Source: Eledone cirrhosa (lineage: Eukaryota). From it: a DNA stretch of 64,000 nucleotides. The notes under the pieces are model-generated. The model searched no databases and was not told the DNA's origin. It saw only the letters and a program-made list of their open reading frames with translations. The position numbers and the translations under genes were made by a program. Positions 12,827-25,106 of the stretch are shown here, one piece after another. Positions within the stretch are counted from its first letter, which is position 1, and every line of letters starts with the position of its first letter. Location of the stretch: NCBI GenBank assembly GCA_964016885.1, contig OZ024740.1:123938001-124002000 (forward strand), in the 5' to 3' direction.

Positions 12827-13204
12827 ATGATATGTGGTGACAGTCGAGTTTGCAATTTTCAACTGTAATGAGATGGGTAAATTTCCTACCTTTTATACAC
12901 TTTATACAGAGAAAAGTGGCTCCAGAATGCAAAGCCCTGTAAACTGTATTTCGACCAATCAGTGTGTAGTTTCACTGAATTACTCCAGCTGATTGGTTTA
13001 AGCGTCACGGCTGGCTGAGCATGCTAACGGCCAACAGTCATATCCAACGTATCAATTGTTTTGCTTTTTGAAATGATGAAAATAGCATTTTCTATTAATC
13101 ATCACCATCAACATCACTTTTATTATTATTATTATTGTTGTTGTTGTTGTTGTTGTTAGTGGTCGTGGTCATAGTGGTAGTAGAAGTAATACCCCTAGGC
13201 GTTA

Positions 13205-13613
13205 TTATTGTTCATTTAGCTTGGGTTTGAATTTATCAATAAAATTCTTTTCTTTGATTTTTCTCTTGATTTCACTTGGGCTATGTAATTTGTAGAATGG
13301 GAATATTATAAATATTCCCTGACCACATGTTGCCAGGTGGCCGCTTAGGGGTATCTGACGGACATTTGGGTCTCTGATTTGTTGACGGTGTACCCGTGCA
13401 CGTTCCGATAGTGCATTTCCAGTTTGACCGACATATAGTTCTTCACAATTCGGGCATTTAATGCAGTAAATTAGATTTCTGCTTTTGCAGTTCATATTTG
13501 CATTTGGGAATATTTTTCCAGTTTTTGTTTTCATATATTGACCGGCGTGTATGGATTGACATGTGCCGCATCGATTATCATTGCATTTAGATACAGTGAA
13601 TGATTGGTCTTTG
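13205..13613 (-). pseudogene. Inverted duplicate of the GIY-YIG domain
   Basis: ORF 13205-13642 is identical in protein to the last ~135 aa of the plus-strand ORF. Confidence 0.9.
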
Positions 13614-14519
13614 GTAATCAAAAACGACACCACCATTACCACGGATATATATTATAAACACACAGACGCCCATCAATATCTGAATTTTAAGTCGTGCCAT
13701 CCACCTCATACAAAACGCAACATCCCATACTGCCTAGCCAGAATAATTTGTACCATTGTAGAAGATACGAATACCAGGTACAAACGCCTAACAGAACTAA
13801 GAGAATTTTTGCTCAAACAAAAATACCCATCTCAACTTATAGAAAATGGCATACAGCGGGCTATGAAAATACCTATACAACAACTTAGAACAACCCAAGG
13901 AAGAAGAAACCAAGAACTGGTCATACGATTTATAATGACACACAACCCATGTCACCAGAATATCTTCAACACTGCCAAAGCAAACCTACCGATCATTGCT
14001 CAAAGTAACGAATTAAAAGGCTTAATCACAGATCGATCTTTGACTCTTAGTAAAAGACAGCCAAAAAATTTGAAGCAATTGCTAACAAAAACAAAGTTTG
14101 ACCTTAACAACAAAGACCAATCATTCACTGTATCTAAATGCAATGATAATCGATGCGGCACATGTCAATCCATACACGCCGGTCAATATATGAAAACAAA
14201 AACTGGAAAAATATTCCCAAATGCAAATATGAACTGCAAAAGCAGAAATCTAATTTACTGCATTAAATGCCCGAATTGTGAAGAACTATATGTCGGTCAA
14301 ACTGGAAATGCACTATCGGAACGTGCACGGGTACACCGTCAACAAATCAGAGACCCAAATGTCCGTCAGATACCCCTAAGCGGCCACCTGGCAACATGTG
14401 GTCAGGGAATATTTATAATATTCCCATTCTACAAATTACACAGCCCAAGTGAAATCAAGAGAAAAATCAAAGAAAAGAATTTTATTGATAAATTCAAACC
14501 CAAGCTAAATGAACAATAA
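13614..14519 (+). CDS. PLE polyprotein C-terminal part (RT thumb, CCHH-type linker, GIY-YIG endonuclease), 5'-truncated but uninterrupted
   Basis: ORF 13563-14519, whose first ~17 codons derive from the inverted arm. Motifs SCHPPHTK, CNDNRCGTC, NLIYCIKC..C...YVGQT. Confidence 0.88.
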   Translation, partial: VIKNDTTITTDIYYKHTDAHQYLNFKSCHPPHTKRNIPYCLARIICTIVEDTNTRYKRLTELREFLLKQKYPSQLIENGIQRAMKIPIQQLRTTQGRRNQELVIRFIMTHNPCHQNIFNTAKANLPIIAQSNELKGLITDRSLTLSKRQPKNLKQLLTKTKFDLNNKDQSFTVSKCNDNRCGTCQSIHAGQYMKTKTGKIFPNANMNCKSRNLIYCIKCPNCEELYVGQTGNALSERARVHRQQIRDPNVRQIPLSGHLATCGQGIFIIFPFYKLHSPSEIKRKIKEKNFIDKFKPKLNEQ

Positions 14520-14894
14520 TAACGCCTAGGGGTATTACTTCTACTACCACTATGACCACGACCACTAACAACAACAACAACAACAATAATAATAATAATA
14601 AAAGTGATGTTGATGGTGATGATTAATAGAAAATGCTATTTTCATCATTTCAAAAAGCAAAACAATTGATACGTTGGATATGACTATTGGCCGTTAGCAT
14701 GCTCAACCAGCCGTGACGCTGAAACCAATCAGCTGGAGTAATTCAGTGAAACTACACACTGATTGGTCGAAATACAGTTTACAGGGCTTTGCATTCTGGA
14801 GCCACTTTTCTCTGTATAAAGTGTATAAAAGGTAGGAAATTTACCCATCTCATTACAGTTGAAAATTGCAAACTCGACTGTCACCACATTTCAT

Positions 14895-14931
14895 AAACCT
14901 GAAGATTGCGAAAGCATGAAAGTACTTGTTC
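14895..14931 (+). ncRNA. Minimal hammerhead ribozyme (3' pLTR copy)
   Basis: aaac-ctgaaga-ttgcgaaagcat-gaaa-gtac-tt-gttc, with one stem I mismatch relative to the left copy. Confidence 0.75.
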
Positions 14932-15104
14932 AATTAACACTTAGAATTTAATATTCTATCATACTATTTCATTATAATACCATTATATATATTTTAAAGG
15001 ATTGTAAATAAAACGAGTAAATCAGACAAAGTTGGAATTCCTCTTATTAATATAATCTTCTATACACAATCATACACACCCGTGTATATTTACCTATCTA
15101 TATC

Positions 15105-15171
<67 letters not shown>

Positions 15172-15715
15172 GAGGTGGTGTCAAAAAGTTCCTGCACAAG
15201 TTGTTTTTAAAAAAAGATTATATATATACTTAAGTTTTAACATAATGTTCTTTAAAATAATCAGCTTGCATGGCAATACAAATGTCCCAGTGTTCCTGCC
15301 ACTTTTGGAATCTAGCCTGGAAGTAATTTTCCATAAGTGAGTCGAGGATCTTCTGCAATTTGCTCTGGATCTTGGTAATAGTGTTAAAATAGTGAACTTT
15401 GAGTTGCATTTTCAGGCTGGAGAAGAGATGAAAGTTCACAGGTTTTAAATCTCGGGAATAAGGCAGGTGCAGAAGTGAAACAATGTTGTTTTTGGCAAGA
15501 AACTCACAAGTGTGGAGAGTTCGGTGACAGGGTGCATTGTTGTTATGAAGAATCCATTTCTTTGCTCTCCACAGATCTGGTTGCTTTTGCTCAACATCCT
15601 CCCCCAAAAACCTCACAACATTGTAGTAAAACTCTTTATTGATCATCTGGCCCTGGGGATGAATTCTTGATGCACAATACTGTACAGAGGGACTCTGCAG
15701 AAACAACACAATCAC
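15172..15715 (-). mobile_element. Mariner 3' fragment
   Basis: TIR tgaggtggtgtcaaaaagttcc after TA. ORF 15230-15715 has INKEFY, LHNNNAPCH and HLPYSRDLKPVNF. Confidence 0.88.
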
Positions 15716-16300
15716 ATAGATATGTGACAGCCCATAGAAGAGAGAATAAAGAACACTGGCAAGAACTTAAGGAGGGGCAAGCTCATCAGTGTTATATCGA
15801 CACACCAATCTGGAACATGGGGGCTCAATAGATATATTAGAAATAAAAATCCTATCCACATGTAAAACTAACGCAACATGCAGACAAATTTAGAGATCAC
15901 ACACATAATAGAAGGTAGACCTAGCCTATAGAGAAAACATGAATGGAATAGTAACAAACCACAACTAATGTCAGAAGACTGAACAGAATGAAAAAAGACA
16001 CAAACAGTCAAAGATACAAACCCACACACACATAATGACACACAAAGGTGAATGTGCAGGGATAGGCACACGGCATTGAAAACATACCACAGAATAAGAC
16101 AAATGAAGTAACAGATTAAAACCAGAAAGAAGAGGAGGCACATAATAGATCAAATAGTCATTTGAGGAGGTCACAGTATGTGTGATAAAAGAACTTTGAC
16201 AAACTAACCAATAACTAATAATAAAAATAAAGTGAACACCATATAGTACATGTGTTGTTTTATTTTATTTGCTATACAAGCAACATGTCCTGCAAATATA
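15716..16300 (+). mobile_element. Old PLE remnant (GIY-YIG C-terminus and pLTR with decayed hammerhead)
   Basis: PIEERIKEHWQE at ~15730-15765. gtcatttgaggaggtcacagtatgtgtgataaaagaactttgac at ~16157-16200. Homologous to 23500-23940 on the minus strand. Confidence 0.6.
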
Positions 16301-16303
16301 ACA

Positions 16304-16353
<50 letters not shown>

Positions 16354-16497
16354 GAATCGGCCATATGATCAGTGGCAGTGAGAATTTTCAGTAGCTGGAA
16401 TCCAGTCCTCGATAGCTGTTCCATTTACCGAATTATTATTATTTTTATATGAGACGCCAGTGTCCGCGCATCGCCTGGAGACTCGGCTGAGAATGAC

Positions 16498-16577
16498 CTC
16501 CCTGATGACGCAATGAAATTCTCAACGGTTCATTACGTAACTGTCTTTATCCCATTGCAGAAACTAATTAGTTGGAG
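16498..16577 (+). ncRNA. Type I hammerhead ribozyme, copy 1
   Basis: CUCC-CUGAUGA-C-GCAAUG...CAUUGC-A-GAAA-CUAAUUAG-UU-GGAG. Predicted cleavage after 16573 (GUU). C.A mismatch at the base of stem II. Confidence 0.75.
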
Positions 16578-17056
16578 TGAAAATTTAAGTAAGTAAGTTA
16601 ATTTATTTTTTTAATTTTTTTTTTAAAGATTTTCTTATTTTACGTCTTTTATATTATTGTTCTGCATTCTCCTGCATCGAACCACCTAGGTACTATGACA
16701 TAACCTGTGTATTTGCTGGCATTGGCGTACATCTGTGCGCTTATGTTAGTAGATATATTAAATTATCTATATTTATCTCCAAATCACTGATTTGTCGAGC
16801 AAACCTGCCAAAACCACTTCTAAAAATTTTTTTGGGGGGTGTTAGTAGGCGCTTGTCATCTTACCACCCCATTCCTACTGACTAGCCTCTGTGTCACGTG
16901 ATTGATTCTTTAGAATCGGCCATATGATCAGTGGCAGTGAGAATTTTCAGTAGCTGGAATCCAGTCCTCGATAGCTGTTCCATTTACCGAATTATTATTA
17001 TTTTTATATGAGTCGCCAGTGTCCGCGCATCGCCTGGAGACTCGGCTGAGAATGAC

Positions 17057-17136
17057 CTCCCTGATGACGCAATGAAATTCTCAACGGTTCATTACGTAAC
17101 TGTCTTTATCCCATTGCAGAAACTAATTAGTTGGAG
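17057..17136 (+). ncRNA. Type I hammerhead ribozyme, copy 2
   Basis: Identical to 16498-16577, offset 559 nt. Predicted cleavage after 17132. Confidence 0.75.
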
Positions 17137-17188
17137 TGAAAATTTAAGTAAGTAAGTTAATTTTTTTAAAAAATGTTCTTATTTTACG

Positions 17189-17273
<85 letters not shown>

Positions 17274-17274
<1 letters not shown>

Positions 17275-18250
17275 ATCATCATTATCATCACTTAATATCC
17301 ATTTTCCATGCTTGTATGTGTTAGATGGCTGTCATGGTCCGTGGCCATGCTGTTCAGGTGACTAAGTCCTGTTGGTATGATTTGTTTTGGCTTGATTTCT
17401 ATGGGTGAATGCACCTCCTGACACTAACCACTTTACAGCCTATAATAAGGGCATGGTTTCTATGGCTGTTAGCCCTTCATTACACCAACCACTTTACTGC
17501 ATGTACTGAGCTCATTTATCATGTCTCTAACACTCAGGCCTTACAGCATGGGCTGGGTGCTTTTTATTGTAACAACACCAATACAATCATATAGCGTGGG
17601 CTGTGTGATTTTTTTATGGCACCAGCATCATCTCATTACAGCACGAAGGTGCTTAATGTTGTTGGACTTACAGAGGAGATACTGGTGGGGTTTGGGGTGG
17701 GGTACAGACATTGCTCTGCCATGAGGCCATCATTGAGGCAGCCTCGAAACAAGTAGAAGGTGTCTGATATTGTGAGCTGTTCCTGATTTCCTTGAAAGCC
17801 TAAAAGTGGGAATCTATATGCTGCTTTTGGTGATGGAGGATCATGAAGAAGGAGTTGAGGCAAAATTCTTCCTTTTCAAAGGGGCCCTTTGATTTTGAGT
17901 GCTCTGCATTTCTTATGCATATCATTTTTAATATGCATTACATGTCTGTACCATCATAGTCTCCTCCTCTGCACACTTCACCTAATGTCTCTTATGCATA
18001 GCTTTTGTCTCAGCTCATTGATACATTATCACTGATGCATACTACTATTACATATCGATTGGAGCAGCTCACCTCATTTCATTCCAATCATCGTAAGTCA
18101 TCTATCTGTACTGAAACTTCCAAATCTCATTACCATGTAGTACCACCATTCACAGGCAAACATCATACAATATACATTCATTCTGAGGGAGAGACCCTTG
18201 TAGCCAGCTGGCGTAGTAGTTACAGAACATCCACACTCTTTTAATTTTGA
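17274..18250 (-). mobile_element. Old RTE-type LINE 3' portion
   Basis: (CAT)n tail plus ccattttccatgc 3' end, and accactttacag UTR repeats. Upstream sequence is heavily decayed, so the right boundary is approximate. Confidence 0.6.
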
Positions 18251-19968
18251 TTCTCAAGTAGCAGAAGCTGTCAATTACCTCTAGAAAGCCATTGGGACAT
18301 TGAATATAGCTTGTTTCCTATGAGCTATTGTTGCTTACTGTTCCTGTACATTGGCCCCATACACAGCTTGCAATCTTTGGTAGCCTGCTTGTGATCCCAC
18401 TCCATGTTTGTGTTTAATTTCTACTCATAGCTTTCCTTCTTATTACCAAACACTTTATAGCATATACTGAGTGCATTTTATCATAGCAAAATATGTAAAT
18501 GAGTTTGAAAGAGCATAGTGAATCTTTATGATAGAAATAAAGACTTTAAATCTCCAGAGAAATTTCTATCATTTCTTTATATTTCAGTATACTTTCATAT
18601 ATTTCTTTAATTTTATTTGGCTTTCATTCTTTATTTAACAAGCATCATTATCTGTTATTTTATGACCATACAATACTATGATTTAAATATATATATACAC
18701 ATAAGGAATACACTTGCATGCATACATACATAATGACACATGACTATTTGCCCACATATTTAAGTGTTACACAGGCATATTTATGGCAATCTGCCCTGAT
18801 GGATAGAAAATACTGTATTCATGTGTATGCATATGCATATTTGTGAGTGGATACCAACACATATTTACACATTAGACTATATATAATAGTTAATATATAA
18901 ATGGTAATATGCCTGTGCAAATATTCAAATACACATGGCTTTAAATCTGTATGTACATGAATTTGTATCAGTCAAACTCTCCCTCACATTTTAATATAAA
19001 CACCAACACACACACATGCATAGACAAACACTCTCAGACACCTTCCGATATATATTTATGTATATATATATTGAAAGATTCAGTAGATGTGTGTGTACTG
19101 AGGAAAGTATGGATATTAGCACTCTATGTTATAGCAGAGAGTACACATTAAGAAGAACAAAATGAGGATTCACATCAAGGTTTTTATTGATTAGGCTCAG
19201 ATAAAAATGTTTCACAGATGTGTGACTCAGGATCCATATTAGTGATATAGACACGACTCCAGCTCTAATCTGCTCACCAGACTTGTTAATCAAACAAAAT
19301 TAAGAATCTTATCTGAAGGCATCCTATCTGAGATAGTGTGTATATATACAGGATTACAGACCAACCAATGCACACACATACATATTCACACACATGCACT
19401 CACACATACATAGACACACACACATGTTATGAAGCTCATATACACCGTTATACATGTTATGAAGCTCATATACACACATATAAAGTCACATGACTACAGA
19501 CAAAATTAATGCTTCAAGTAGTGTGGAATCTGTAATCTCGAAGAAATTTTAATAAGGACAAAACCTGCAGATGAAGGAATTCCTGTTCGATCATAATACA
19601 CATGTATTATCTATATTACTTGTGCATTATATAACATGTTATACAACTTCCAGGGGGGATCCAGAAACCTATCTGACATTTTATCAATTATATCGATTTT
19701 AATTAATCAGAGATGGACCAGGTATGAAAAACCTTTCTGTATCTATCGTAATGTTGTTGTATATATAGTTGGTCTCTCTGTTTGGTGTTCTAGGTGCCAC
19801 ACTTTATAACTACAATGTTAACTCAGGACTTAATGTTTATTTTTAACTTTCGAACCATTGAGTGCTTTGTGATTGCTTCAAACAAATCAAATAGTACTTG
19901 CTGTACAGCAGCTAAAACTCGATTTACAATTATTATAATATATACATACATATATATATATATATATA

Positions 19969-20745
19969 CTAGCAGAATGGCCTGGCGTTGCTCGGGATTC
20001 TAAACATAGATGGCATGTTTACCCCTCCTTTCTGAAACAGTTTCGTCGTATGTTCACCAATTGATGCAGAAGTCCTAATAAAAAGTGAAGTCGCCTTGGA
20101 TGAATAGGCAAATCATTTTCCATTAAGATTTTACAAATGCATGTAATTTGGTTCCTTTCTTTTTTGTTGTTGTTTTTGCTGCTGTCGAGCCTCATGAAAT
20201 AAATACGTTTGTTTAGATTTTGTTATTGTGTATGCAAAACTATCTGTACACGAATATATAATTATATATATATATATATTAAAATAACAGATTAAAGTTT
20301 AAGCGAAAAATCGCTGTTTTCACCCTTAACGGGCTCTTCTGAAACTAAAAAATCAATCTGTGAACGCAGAAGTAAAAATTTCGAAAAACGTTACACACTA
20401 TATACATGTATATATATACACACTATATATACATATGTACACACACACATACATATAGTGTCATAATGTCGTAATGCAGACAGCCAGACATACAGACAGA
20501 AATTATAAGGGCGCGACGTCATAGCTATGTATCTATCTAAAAAGACAGACTAAGAATTATAGAGAGATCGGTAAAGCGCGCCTAATGCGGTCCCTAGGGC
20601 ATGGAAAATTTCAAATACTTTTTGCTCAAAACACTCACACGACCATACGTATTACATGTGTAAAGTTTGAAAAAAGTCGGTTGGGTGGTTCTCGAGTTTT
20701 AGGGAGTCAGACAGACAGACATTGTCTGTTTTTATATATATATAG
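19969..20745 (-). mobile_element. Non-autonomous Helitron-like element
   Basis: Minus strand begins ctatatatatataaaaacagac...(ctgt)n and ends with hairpin cccgagcaacgccagg plus CTAG. Confidence 0.75.
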
Positions 20746-20755
20746 TATACGGTAT

Positions 20756-20798
20756 ACGGTGCTGATGATAGCTAATAAGCTAGAAACTAGTTCATCGT
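20756..20798 (+). ncRNA. Minimal type I hammerhead ribozyme
   Basis: ACGGUG-CUGAUGA-UAGCU-AAUA-AGCUA-GAAA-CUAG-UU-CAUCGU: intact core, palindromic stem III, GUU site. Confidence 0.85.
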
Positions 20799-21010
20799 TC
20801 CTTTGTCAGTGTTGAACAAAAGGGCAACTATGGTTGCCGAACACTGTACGGCTAATACTTTCGGGCTGTTTGTTTACAAACAAACCGAGCATTATAATAA
20901 ATGTTCGGTAAACCCATGCGTACATATATATATATATGTGTGCATGTATGTATATATATATACATACTACTGTACGTCTGTATACATATATGTATGTACG
21001 TATGCAGACT

Positions 21011-21119
<109 letters not shown>

Positions 21120-21433
21120 ATATACATGCACTGACACCACACACAACTGGTCACAGAGAGTTGTGTATAAAGGTATGTAGATGAAAAGCTCTGTAGTCGG
21201 TGATGACGAAAGCCAGGCTGCAGTAATCACCATACCCATCAACTACAACAGCAACCACACCACCAACAACAGCAACAACAAAAACAATCATGCCGACTGG
21301 TCAAATTACATTTATAATTTTATTACGATTGGTAATAAAGTTAGCCAGACCCAACCCAGCAAGACCTGTCCACCGACAACACCACCAGCAACGACAACAA
21401 CAGTAACAAGCACAACATCATAAATATGACAGA

Positions 21434-21765
21434 ATAATAATTGTTTCTACTTTTGGCGCAAGACCAGCAACTACCCGCATGCATTACTGGTGCTTTATTT
21501 TATTGACCCCGTAAGTATGAAAGGCAAAGTTAACCATGGCGGGATTTGGGCTCAGATTATAAAGGGCCATTACTCTTTCCTGCAAAGCATGGAGTCTCAT
21601 GCTCTACCAATATTGCGAATCAATAATAATAATAATAATGGTTTCTTATATAGGCACAAGGCCATCAATTTTTGGGGAGTGTAGTAAGTCGATTAAATCG
21701 ACCCTAGTGCATGACTACTGGTACTTTATTTTATCAACCCCGTAAGGATGAAAGGCAAAGCTAAC
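21434..21765 (-). mobile_element. Two tandem Meta-domain-like SINE copies
   Basis: tactggtactttattttat..accccgtaaggatgaaaggcaaag occurs twice, separated by (AAT)n. Confidence 0.8.
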
Positions 21766-21777
21766 TCATATTAATAA

Positions 21778-22198
21778 CTAGCAGATGTACCCGGCGTTGC
21801 TCGGGAAATGAATGACAGCCTGAATTGTTCAAGGTCGTTTATGGCTTAGCTAGCAATTTCTGAGTGCAAGTCAGCTTCTGTCAGCTAATTGGCTAGCCAA
21901 TGAGAGGTCGCCTCAATAGCACGTGCCAAATCGGTTTAGTACTTCAAAAGTAAAAAGGAGCCTAGTATTTGTACACAGACAGATACACACACAAAATCGA
22001 TTTTTCGTTTTCGACCCCAATATCGATTTTTTTTCCAAATTTGTTTTTGTCCAAACCCTGCTCGGGCATATAAGCAACATGTGTGCCAAATTTGGTTGAA
22101 ATGGGCCTAGTACTTCAAAAGTTAAAAGGAGCCAAGTATTTGTACACAAACAGACAGACAGACACACACACAGACCGACTTGCTTTTATATATATAGA
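21778..22198 (-). mobile_element. Non-autonomous Helitron
   Basis: Minus-strand 5' TCTATATATATAAAAG. 3' hairpin cccgagcaacgccggg followed by CTAG. Confidence 0.8.
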
Positions 22199-23184
22199 CT
22201 AGCAGAAAACCACCCGGTGGGCCGTTTTCTGCTAGCAAATCTAGTGTATATACTGATATTGTTGAGATTTGGATGAGAAATGTTTTCGGCACCACATGTT
22301 CACCGCCTCTCGGTGTGTCTTTTATGCATGTATAAATATATATGTTATATATACGGTGAAATCTTTGAAATAAATATATGTTAAAACGAAAAAGGAGAAA
22401 ATAAATAACTGGCGGTTAGAAAAAAATATTCCTATGAAATTTTAATCATACCATTAGGTGTGAATAAGGAAATATTTTGTTATTGTCAAAACAAATGTTC
22501 AAAAGTTAAACTTCAACTTTTTGAATTATTTCCAATTTTTTCATGAAATTGAACACTGGACATTGGCTGCTGGAAATGGAAATTAAATCGTATTGAATTG
22601 TATTTAAATTTCTAACCTTATTTTATTATTTAAATTTTTTCAATAAGAAATAAAAAAAAACAACAAAATAAATTGAAGATAAAATTGAACAAATCAAACG
22701 TAGGTTATGGAACTGCGCAATCTGATTAATAAATTACCTCATCAGCAGCAACCTTCTTCAAATGGTCCTTATTATCAGCAGCAACATCCACAAATTCAAT
22801 GGCAACCTTATTCAAATGGTCCTTATTATCAGCAGCAACAACCACAAATTCAATGGCAACCTTCTTCAAACCACAAATTCAATGGCAACCTTCTTCGCAT
22901 GGTGTCAAGTCAGAACCGCCTCGAACTGGTTACTTCTGGCTTGTGCAAGGTGTCTCTATAGCAACCAGCGATTCCCTCAGCCTCAGTGACCAAAGTCAGT
23001 GGAGAGGAGAAGGTAATATTTCTGTAGCACGTATTTTAGCGTCTATTCACTCTCTCTCTCCCTCTCTCCCTCCCGCTATCCCCCTCTCGTAGTCTGTCTC
23101 TTTCTTTCACTCTCACTCTCTCTCTACGCACGTGTTTCCACTGTCGGACAGACAGACAGAGAAATTGCTGGTTATATATATGAG
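22199..23184 (-). mobile_element. Second Helitron-like element, head-to-tail with the previous one
   Basis: CTAG at 22199-22202 abuts the TC of the neighbour. The far end is (caga)n...ggttatatatatgag. Contains the 22740-22895 minisatellite. Confidence 0.6.
22740..22895. repeat. ~48-bp minisatellite (cagcagcaacatccacaaattcaatggcaaccttcttcaaatggtccttattat-type)
   Basis: 2-3 imperfect copies. They give the QQQPQIQWQP repeats in ORF 22707-22961. Confidence 0.85.
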
Positions 23185-23203
23185 TAGATAATAGTAATGA
23201 TAA

Positions 23204-23395
23204 TAATAATTGTTTCTATTTTTGGCACAAGGCCAACAATCATCCAGTGCATTACTGGTACTTTATCTTATCGACCCCATAAGGATGAAAAGCAAAGTTA
23301 ACCTCGGCAGGATTTGAACTCAGTTCAGAAAGGGCCGTAATTCTATGCTGCAAAGCATGGCGTCCGACCCTCTATCGATACTGCCAATCTACCGC
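23204..23395 (-). mobile_element. Full-length tRNA-derived Meta-domain-like SINE
   Basis: A box tggcagtatcgatag, B box gagttcaaatc, core gaggttaacttt..ttcatcc, (ATT)n tail. Confidence 0.85.
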
Positions 23396-23499
23396 TGTTA
23401 GGGGCCAAAAGTGAAACGTTCATAACTGAACACACACATATATATATATATATTTTTCGTTTCTGAATTTGTTTAGCAAGATTCTTTATCTGAAAACGT

Positions 23500-23940
23500 G
23501 TGTTGAAACCGATATTGTTATACTTTGGGAGGGTCATGTTGCCAATAAGAAACACACGCACCAGTTATTTCACTTCAATTTATTATAATACATTTATAAA
23601 TTTCCGGTTGGTTGGTTGGTTCCACAACCAGATGATTGTTTATATATTGTCAAAGATCTTTCGTCACACATTCTGTGACCTCTTCAGTGACTGGGGATTA
23701 TTTTCTTTGTTTTTGTGCCTCTCCTTTGTTCTGTCCTACGCCATCTTGTTTTTGTGTGTGTTGTGTGCTTAGTTTGCGCATGTGTTACAACCGGGTGTCT
23801 GTGTGTGTTTATATTTGTTTATTTATTTGTTTATTTACATGTTACTGGTTGGTTGTTTGTTCTATGTGCGTGTGTGTTTTCATTTTGTCCTTAATTGTAA
23901 GTTGTGATGTTGCTGTTCCATTCATGTTTTCTATTTAGTT
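23500..23940 (-). mobile_element. PLE pLTR remnant
   Basis: Homologous to ~15930-16290 (gaaaacatgaatggaa.. segment). Contains a hammerhead. Confidence 0.6.
23649..23691 (-). ncRNA. Minimal hammerhead ribozyme
   Basis: GUCA-CUGAAGA-G-GUCACA-GAAUG-UGUGAC-GAAA-GAUC-UU-UGAC, with one unpaired G at the base of stem II. Confidence 0.72.
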
Positions 23941-24308
23941 TGAACTCAGATCGTAAAGGGACGTAACTAAATAAATAATAATAAATAAGTTATAATGAAG
24001 ATGATAAAAAATAAATAAAAAAATTATGTGTGCGAAGAAAAGTGAACATAATATGATTGTTGAAAATAGTTGTGGTGTTGGTGGTTAAAATATAAAGATG
24101 TGATGGTATAAACATGAAAATACTAAATATATACATATATGTATTGGTTAAATTAATAAATTAATAAATTGGAAGTTATGTTAGAAGTGATGAGATCACG
24201 ATAGGATATAATGTAAGAGGTGAAATAGATTTAGGAAAAGAGAGTGAAAGGAGGAAAAGTTAGAAGGTTGTGATGTTGATTCATTGATTAGTTGATTTAT
24301 TGACAGTT

Positions 24309-24705
24309 AATAATAATTGTTTCTACTTTGAGCACAAGACCAGCAATCACCCAGTACATTACTGGTTCTTTATTTTATCGATCCCGTAAGGATGAAAGGT
24401 AAAGTTAATCTCGGTGGGATTTGAACTCGGACCGTAAAGGGACGTAACTATGCTGGAAACCATGGCGTCCAACTCTCTACCGATACTGCCAATCCCCCGC
24501 CCTCAGTTAATAATAATAATTGTTTCTACTTTTGGCACAAGGCCAGCAATTAACCAGTGTATTACTGGTACTTTATTTTATCGACCCCGTAAGGATGAAA
24601 GGCAAAGTTAACCTCGGCGAGATTTGAACTCAGAATGGCAAGGGCTGTAACTCAATGCGTCAAAGCAGGGCGTCCGACCCTCTACCGATACTGCCAATCA
24701 ACCAA
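24309..24705 (-). mobile_element. Two tandem full-length Meta-domain-like SINEs
   Basis: ~195-bp units at 24309-24502 and 24510-24705, each with (AAT)n. Confidence 0.88.
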
Positions 24706-24862
24706 TGGGTTATTATAATAGACTCAGGTGGTACAATTTGAATTATGGAATTGGTGGGTCGAATCAAGTTGGTTTGAAATTAGCGAATTTAGTAGCTGCT
24801 TTATGCCTACAGAAAATTGACAGATTCATTACTCTACGGTTCTTTATAGAGTGTCTGTAGAC

Positions 24863-24927
<65 letters not shown>

Positions 24928-25106
24928 ACATTAACAGAGAAAGCCTTAAGCTATACTCTGACTGGCTACCATCTCACTCAACAAACATAGGATATACCTT
25001 AGTATAATCCCAATTTTATGTTTGGGTGCTAACTATATGTATTTTGGGGAAAGCCAGTTGTATTATTTTATATGAGATATAATTAAAATTAAAATATATC
25101 TCTCTT

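Larger units (their letters stand above)
12669..15085 (+). mobile_element. Penelope-like retroelement, 5'-truncated, with inverted 5' pseudo-LTR
   Basis: 12669-13613 is a near-perfect reverse complement of 14111-15052. The middle and right arm encode the RT C-terminus (YYKHTDAHQYLNFKSCHP) and a GIY-YIG nuclease (LIYCIKCPNCEELYVGQTG...RARVH). Flanked by (TA)n. Confidence 0.95.
16351..17195 (+). mobile_element. Retrozyme-like / PLE pLTR non-coding element: 559-nt period, two hammerheads
   Basis: 16351-~16650 is repeated near-identically at 16910-~17195. There is a ~260-bp unique middle, (TA)n on both sides and no ORF. Confidence 0.8.

Noticed and set aside
22707-23092. Q/P-rich ORF as a captured gene
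   Set aside because: Produced by a short minisatellite. All three frames are open and there is no recognisable domain.
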